IMG/VR virus record: IMGVR_UViG_3300028887_000066
Location: 64,001 to 128,000 of that record
DNA from: a virus
Taxonomy: Duplodnaviria > Heunggongvirae > Uroviricota > Caudoviricetes
Reading direction: 5' to 3' (one strand)
Length of the DNA: 64,000 nt
Position numbers and translations under genes: made by a program. Under the pieces are notes generated by a model. That model was given only the letters and a program-made list of their open reading frames with translations. It ran no database searches and was not told the DNA's origin. Below, in pieces: positions 59,619 through 64,000 of the stretch (the first letter of the stretch is position 1; every line of letters starts with the position of its first letter).

Positions 59619-60768
59619 TTAATTCCTCCTCCGTAAAATAGCCGTCAGATATTAGGTCTTTCTCAGACTGTTTAACAAGAATATCTTTTTCAAAATCATT
59701 GTATTTTGAATTGTATTCGCAATCATCCAACAATTCGCCTATTGCCTGTTTGCCTATTTTCGTATTATTGGCCAACTCCTTAAAGAGGCTTATAAAGTCT
59801 TTTGCATCAATATCTATAAGCTTACCGAAGAAGTCGGGTATTATCTTAGGTTCAATGTCACGGTTAAGTGTAACCATATTCCATAGCCCTACACCGAAAC
59901 GCATATCCCAAGGCTCCTCTTCCAATATATCGGCCTTGTTCAGTACATTTTTTGCTACGTTAAAATCGTCAGGAAGCCCATTCGATGATATAAGTTCCAT
60001 TATCCCTTTTATGGACTCTATAAGCAGTATAGGAAATGTTAATGCCTTCACATCAATGTTTGACATTTTTTCCTCATTTCCAAGAACGACCTTTACAAAA
60101 CCACCCTGATGATGATTATCATCTTTTACTTCATCGTCCACATTAAAAAGAAGATACTCATTTATCTTTATCAATTTGCTATACAAATGCGGCAACTCTT
60201 CATCAATGTCAAAAAGTTCATTAATGTACATCTTCTTTGCCTTTTCAAATAAACTCATGGAAACACCGTATACCAATGAATCTATCAACCTTCTCTTTTG
60301 AACTTCGATACCTTCCCCGTCTATTTCATCAAGACTATTATATTCATAGTCTTCATTCGTATCGGGCGAAATATGAAACTCCAAACCACTATCAATGAAA
60401 TCAACTAACTCACATTTGAATATTATCTCATCTTCGGGTATATTGAAAAGCTGTACTAATGTATTGTAGCACAATTTTTCCAATTGCGGTCTGATATTCT
60501 TCTCCTTTTCCTGACAAAGCCTCATAAGCTTGTTAAAATGATTCGACACCTTTTCTAATGGTATCTGTGAAATATCATCCGTAAAATCCTTTTTGATTTC
60601 ATCAAACCTTTTTGTAAGTATTTTTTTTGAAAACTCTTTATCATCTAACGGAATATTTGACTCTTTATTCTCAAGGGCATTGAAAATTTTGGAAGGAATA
60701 CCACATTCCTTCCTATTTTCATTATGTATATATTGAATCTGTTTTTCCGTTAAAAATACGTTTTTCAT
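59611..60768 (-). CDS. putative head protein (leader MKNVFLTEKQIQYIHNE)
   Basis: Shared leader motif. Confidence 0.65.
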   Translation of the reverse strand: MKNVFLTEKQIQYIHNENRKECGIPSKIFNALENKESNIPLDDKEFSKKILTKRFDEIKKDFTDDISQIPLEKVSNHFNKLMRLCQEKEKNIRPQLEKLCYNTLVQLFNIPEDEIIFKCELVDFIDSGLEFHISPDTNEDYEYNSLDEIDGEGIEVQKRRLIDSLVYGVSMSLFEKAKKMYINELFDIDEELPHLYSKLIKINEYLLFNVDDEVKDDNHHQGGFVKVVLGNEEKMSNIDVKALTFPILLIESIKGIMELISSNGLPDDFNVAKNVLNKADILEEEPWDMRFGVGLWNMVTLNRDIEPKIIPDFFGKLIDIDAKDFISLFKELANNTKIGKQAIGELLDDCEYNSKYNDFEKDILVKQSEKDLISDGYFTEEELNV

Positions 60769-61076
60769 TTCAAATCACTCTTTTTATATTTCTTGGATTC
60801 ATTCATCAATTTTGCTAGACGAGCTTCTTTAAGTTCTTTTTTTGTATACATGCTGTACTTCGATTCATCAAGGGTGTCCTGATCAACGACTATCTGAGCC
60901 TTGTTAAGTCCTTGTGCATCGAGTTCATGATTCTGCTGCATAAGACTTGTTTGGGTAACTTTCCCGTTATTATCGGTCTTTGCGGAAACTTTTATCCCAG
61001 CACCCTGATTCAATGTCTCGAACAGTTTGCTAAACTGTGACTCTGTAATGTGTATATTACGCATAATATTTATCAT
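60765..61076 (-). CDS. small putative head protein (IHITESQFSKLFE)
   Basis: Shared leader; LDE/LKE/MNE sites. Confidence 0.65.
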   Translation of the reverse strand: MINIMRNIHITESQFSKLFETLNQGAGIKVSAKTDNNGKVTQTSLMQQNHELDAQGLNKAQIVVDQDTLDESKYSMYTKKELKEARLAKLMNESKKYKKSDLK

Positions 61077-61106
61077 CTTTTACCTTTATAAATATATTAT
61101 AGAAGC

Positions 61107-61133
61107 AAAAATGGCGGGTTATATTCCCGCCAT
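61107..61133 (-). terminator. intrinsic terminator
   Basis: atggcggg...cccgccat with an A run on +. Confidence 0.7.
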
Positions 61134-61137
61134 CGTT

Positions 61138-61794
61138 TTATTTCTTAATAAAATCCTTTGCCTTAAACGGTGATTTCTTAGTTTTCTTCTGTTTCTCAAC
61201 AGATTTAATACTTTCCTCATCCCCCGTATTAGTCAATTCCTGATTCAGACTTTCCATCAAGCCATTAATTTCTTGTTTTCTAAAAACACATTCATTTAAC
61301 CCCATATTATCATCCACAGGAAGTTCTTCATCATTCATACCAACCTCATCACCAGTATTTTGTGGTGTTTCGTCCTCAGGACTTTCAGTAGTATTAATGG
61401 ATTTAATAAGGTCTTTTTTCCCATTTTCATCCATACCCTTTGCCGCAGCTTTCACTATCATCTTACCAACATATTTTGACAATTCACCATCGTCTCCATT
61501 TTCGTTATTATATTTGTTCAATGATTGTGATAACTTGCCCGTAAGTTGTTGTATGAATTTCTTTGGGTCAGTGTCTTCATCAGCTTCTACGCCCGCATCA
61601 AAACCTGTATCAAATTCACTTTCTCCTGAATTGTTTTGCATATCAGTTTCTTCTCCGCCAAAAGGGTCTTGAGGCATACCATTTCCTCCCATTTGATTCA
61701 TTTGAGAATCTGGCATTTGTTCTATTGGTGGCATTTGCGGTTGCTGAGGCTCTTGATTGTTACCTGTTTTCAGAAATGTCTTATTTTCGTTTAC
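61138..61794 (-). CDS. acidic head protein, probably expressed as a -1 frameshift extension of 61791..63362
   Basis: The frame is open 20 codons upstream of Met 61734, up to the A9G slippery site. Confidence 0.6.
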   Translation of the reverse strand, partial: VNENKTFLKTGNNQEPQQPQMPPIEQMPDSQMNQMGGNGMPQDPFGGEETDMQNNSGESEFDTGFDAGVEADEDTDPKKFIQQLTGKLSQSLNKYNNENGDDGELSKYVGKMIVKAAAKGMDENGKKDLIKSINTTESPEDETPQNTGDEVGMNDEELPVDDNMGLNECVFRKQEINGLMESLNQELTNTGDEESIKSVEKQKKTKKSPFKAKDFIKK

Positions 61795-63362
61795 TTTTTT
61801 TTTAAACCCAATGATTCTTTTAAGACATTCATCACACTATCGGTGAGCATATCCACAACCTCATCAAATGGTGCTGAACTACCAATCTTCTGACCGTATT
61901 TTTCACTGCCCTTTGCTGAATCATCATTGAAATCCCTGTCTGCCGTACCCTTCATAACTTCCTTATTGTCGGGAGTCGTCATAGGTTCTTTGCCATATTT
62001 AGGGTGCTTACCCCAAGCATCCAATTTCGTTACTTCCTCTTTAACGATTTTGTCTATGCTTTCCTGAAGCTTTGATTCCTTGATGGCTGTTTTTTTGCTA
62101 TCCTCGAATATTTTACTGCATACGTTTTCTACAATGGTGTCAATGGCCTTCTTTTGGGATTCATTCATTTTATCCCAAGTAAGAACCTCTCCGTTTCCAT
62201 GAGGCCCGTCCAATGCTTCCACGTCTTCGGCTTCAGGTTTTGTATTTTCGGAATTTTCATCCATTTTGTCACAAGTTTGTACATCAAGTGAACCATCAGG
62301 GCCTGTAAGCACTTCATTATCACCTGAAATAAGACTTTCGAACTCTTCCATAAGAGAATCTAAGTCAGAATCGTTTCCAGTACCAACAATGTCATCACCT
62401 ACTTCTGACGCAGATTCAGGCTCAACATCATCTATCTGTGCATTACCGAATTCTTCTACTGCATCAGGTTCGGGATATGTTTCCTCTTCACCCTGATCAT
62501 AGAAATTTTCTTCGGCTGGCATACCTGCACCACCTATTGCATCATCATCAGGATATTCAATATCGAAATCATCATCACCAAATGACTCATTAACCATTAC
62601 GGCTTTAGCCCCCTTTGGATTTTTATCAGCTACGCCATCACCGTCAAGATCATCATGAGTAAGTTCATAATCTTTATTCGGATCGCCGCTATCAGTAGCT
62701 TTCTTAGGAGCTTTGTCTGATGTTAACTGTTGCTCAACACCTTTGTCGGCATCAGTATAGTCACTGTTAGCCTTTTTGGGGTCTGTTTCGCTTGCAACGC
62801 TGTCCTTATCCAATGTAGCTTTTGCTTTCTCGTCAAATGGCTCATTGTTTTTCTCTGTGTCAGCGCCAGTTGATTTTCCCTTACTTTCAGCATCGCCATG
62901 ATTACCAATATTGTCCTTGATTCCCATACCACCTGAATTCTCCATAATCTGATGGAGACGGTCAAGTTCCTTTCTTGCGTCCTCTGTCAATGTAGCATAT
63001 GTCTTCTGACTTCTGTCGAAATCAACAGTTGATACATCCTTGTGAACACCATAAGCCTCATTAAGAGCCATCATCTTGAGTTCAAGGTGTTTTGTGGCCT
63101 CATTGTAGCTTTTGTATTCTGTTTCCTTACGGTTATTAAAACCGTTGATATAGTCATATGATTCAGAGATATTCTCTTTACCTTTCTCGGTTGTCTTGAT
63201 ATAGTATTTTGTACCTTCCTTGAGAATACCGTAAATCTTTCCATCAGCACCTTCAGTGTGATATTCCAAGTGTCCGCTATTACTGTTTTTACCTTCATTA
63301 ACAGGCATACGATAACCCATCAGATACTCCATACGAGACAGTTGTTCATCAAACTTTCCCAT
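61791..63362 (-). CDS. acidic scaffold-like head core protein
   Basis: D/E-rich; many V/L/M-x-E sites; late-type motif upstream. Confidence 0.7.
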   Translation of the reverse strand: MGKFDEQLSRMEYLMGYRMPVNEGKNSNSGHLEYHTEGADGKIYGILKEGTKYYIKTTEKGKENISESYDYINGFNNRKETEYKSYNEATKHLELKMMALNEAYGVHKDVSTVDFDRSQKTYATLTEDARKELDRLHQIMENSGGMGIKDNIGNHGDAESKGKSTGADTEKNNEPFDEKAKATLDKDSVASETDPKKANSDYTDADKGVEQQLTSDKAPKKATDSGDPNKDYELTHDDLDGDGVADKNPKGAKAVMVNESFGDDDFDIEYPDDDAIGGAGMPAEENFYDQGEEETYPEPDAVEEFGNAQIDDVEPESASEVGDDIVGTGNDSDLDSLMEEFESLISGDNEVLTGPDGSLDVQTCDKMDENSENTKPEAEDVEALDGPHGNGEVLTWDKMNESQKKAIDTIVENVCSKIFEDSKKTAIKESKLQESIDKIVKEEVTKLDAWGKHPKYGKEPMTTPDNKEVMKGTADRDFNDDSAKGSEKYGQKIGSSAPFDEVVDMLTDSVMNVLKESLGLKKK

Positions 63363-63425
63363 TATATTATTTTGATTTTTATAATCATGATTATTTTATT
63401 ATAAATACGCACTAACAATAAAAAA

Positions 63426-64000
63426 TTAGCCTATGGATTTCAATTTATCATATGTCTTAGCTTTTAAATCCAACAAAATATCCAAATAGCCAAGTCTGCG
63501 TAAAAATTTATATATTACATTATACGGATGCATTTCGCCTCGCGCTTTTAATCCCTCTTTTCTTAATCCCTTTAAAATATCAAATGTTCCTTTAACCTTT
63601 TTTGAAAGTAATCTCAGTTCAGCATCATCATCTGTTTCATCAACCTGTTTTTTTAAAGAAGTAATAATCTTAATGTATTTCATCGTTTTTTCTTTAATGA
63701 AATACTTGTCCAACTTTATAGCCTTGATATTATCCTTTACAGGTTCAACCACCCATTCGTTTCTATTAAGAGAATAAACCCCTGATGCCGTATGTTCTTC
63801 ATTCGTATCCTGCACATACACCTCTACAGGAAAGCCATATATCTTCAGATTTTCATGAACATTATTCCATTCATTTTTCTTAGTATTGAAGTATTCTCTT
63901 ACAAAATCTGTTCTCTCATCGACCTTGCTAAAATCTATTAAGATATGAAGGTCAAAATCCGAAAAACGTGACCAATTATAGTTAGCCAATGACCCAGTAA
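63426..64000 (-). CDS. Pol-beta superfamily nucleotidyltransferase (5' end outside window)
   Basis: TGSLANYNWSRFSDFDLHI (GS...DxD) and VEVYVQD. Confidence 0.8.
   Translation of the reverse strand, partial: TGSLANYNWSRFSDFDLHILIDFSKVDERTDFVREYFNTKKNEWNNVHENLKIYGFPVEVYVQDTNEEHTASGVYSLNRNEWVVEPVKDNIKAIKLDKYFIKEKTMKYIKIITSLKKQVDETDDDAELRLLSKKVKGTFDILKGLRKEGLKARGEMHPYNVIYKFLRRLGYLDILLDLKAKTYDKLKSIG

Noticed and set aside
1-64000. Stop-codon reassignment (Lak-type TAG=Gln)
   Set aside because: Core genes are full length in code 11, and TAG ends genes normally (28515, 44587, 24989) with no useful read-through frame
1-64000. CRISPR array, tRNA or rRNA genes
   Set aside because: No regularly spaced repeats or cloverleaf-like sequences recognised by eye; tRNAscan and a CRISPR finder were not run
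1-64000. Second DGR target in the window
   Set aside because: No other copy of the TR-like sequence or YWSSS...VRAF terminus was noticed

Overview
64 kb of an AT-rich, T4-like large (probably jumbo) myovirus genome in the standard genetic code. The host is most likely a Bacteroidota species, judged from TAnnTTTG -7 promoters, a DUF4376 protein, a GIN-like lipoprotein and Bacteroides-type fibre genes. The window holds the head module (portal, intein-containing prohead protease, scaffold, major capsid, gp13/gp14-like neck), baseplate and tail-fibre genes, a family B DNA polymerase, an SNF2 helicase, an M15 endolysin, a gp55-like sigma factor, IF-1 and two glycosyltransferase clusters. It also holds a complete diversity-generating retroelement (target-avd-TR-RT; 166-bp TR/VR with 23 differences, all at TR adenines) acting on a 2180-aa fibre. 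The less obvious signals are: (1) a dispersed set of proteins sharing a short leader ending in (L/I/V)-x-E sites, which look like head-packaged, protease-matured cargo and include a tandem ADP-ribosyltransferase-like polyprotein, an ArdC-like protein, an AEP primase-like protein and a WYL protein; (2) a likely programmed -1 frameshift (T TTA AAA AAA AAG TAA) fusing two acidic head proteins; (3) a coding-strand TATTTAT motif, the reverse complement of the T4 late box, ahead of most structural genes; (4) unannotated micro-ORFs, a candidate sRNA and a decayed Hef-like endonuclease remnant. All family calls are from motif recognition by eye; no searches were run.
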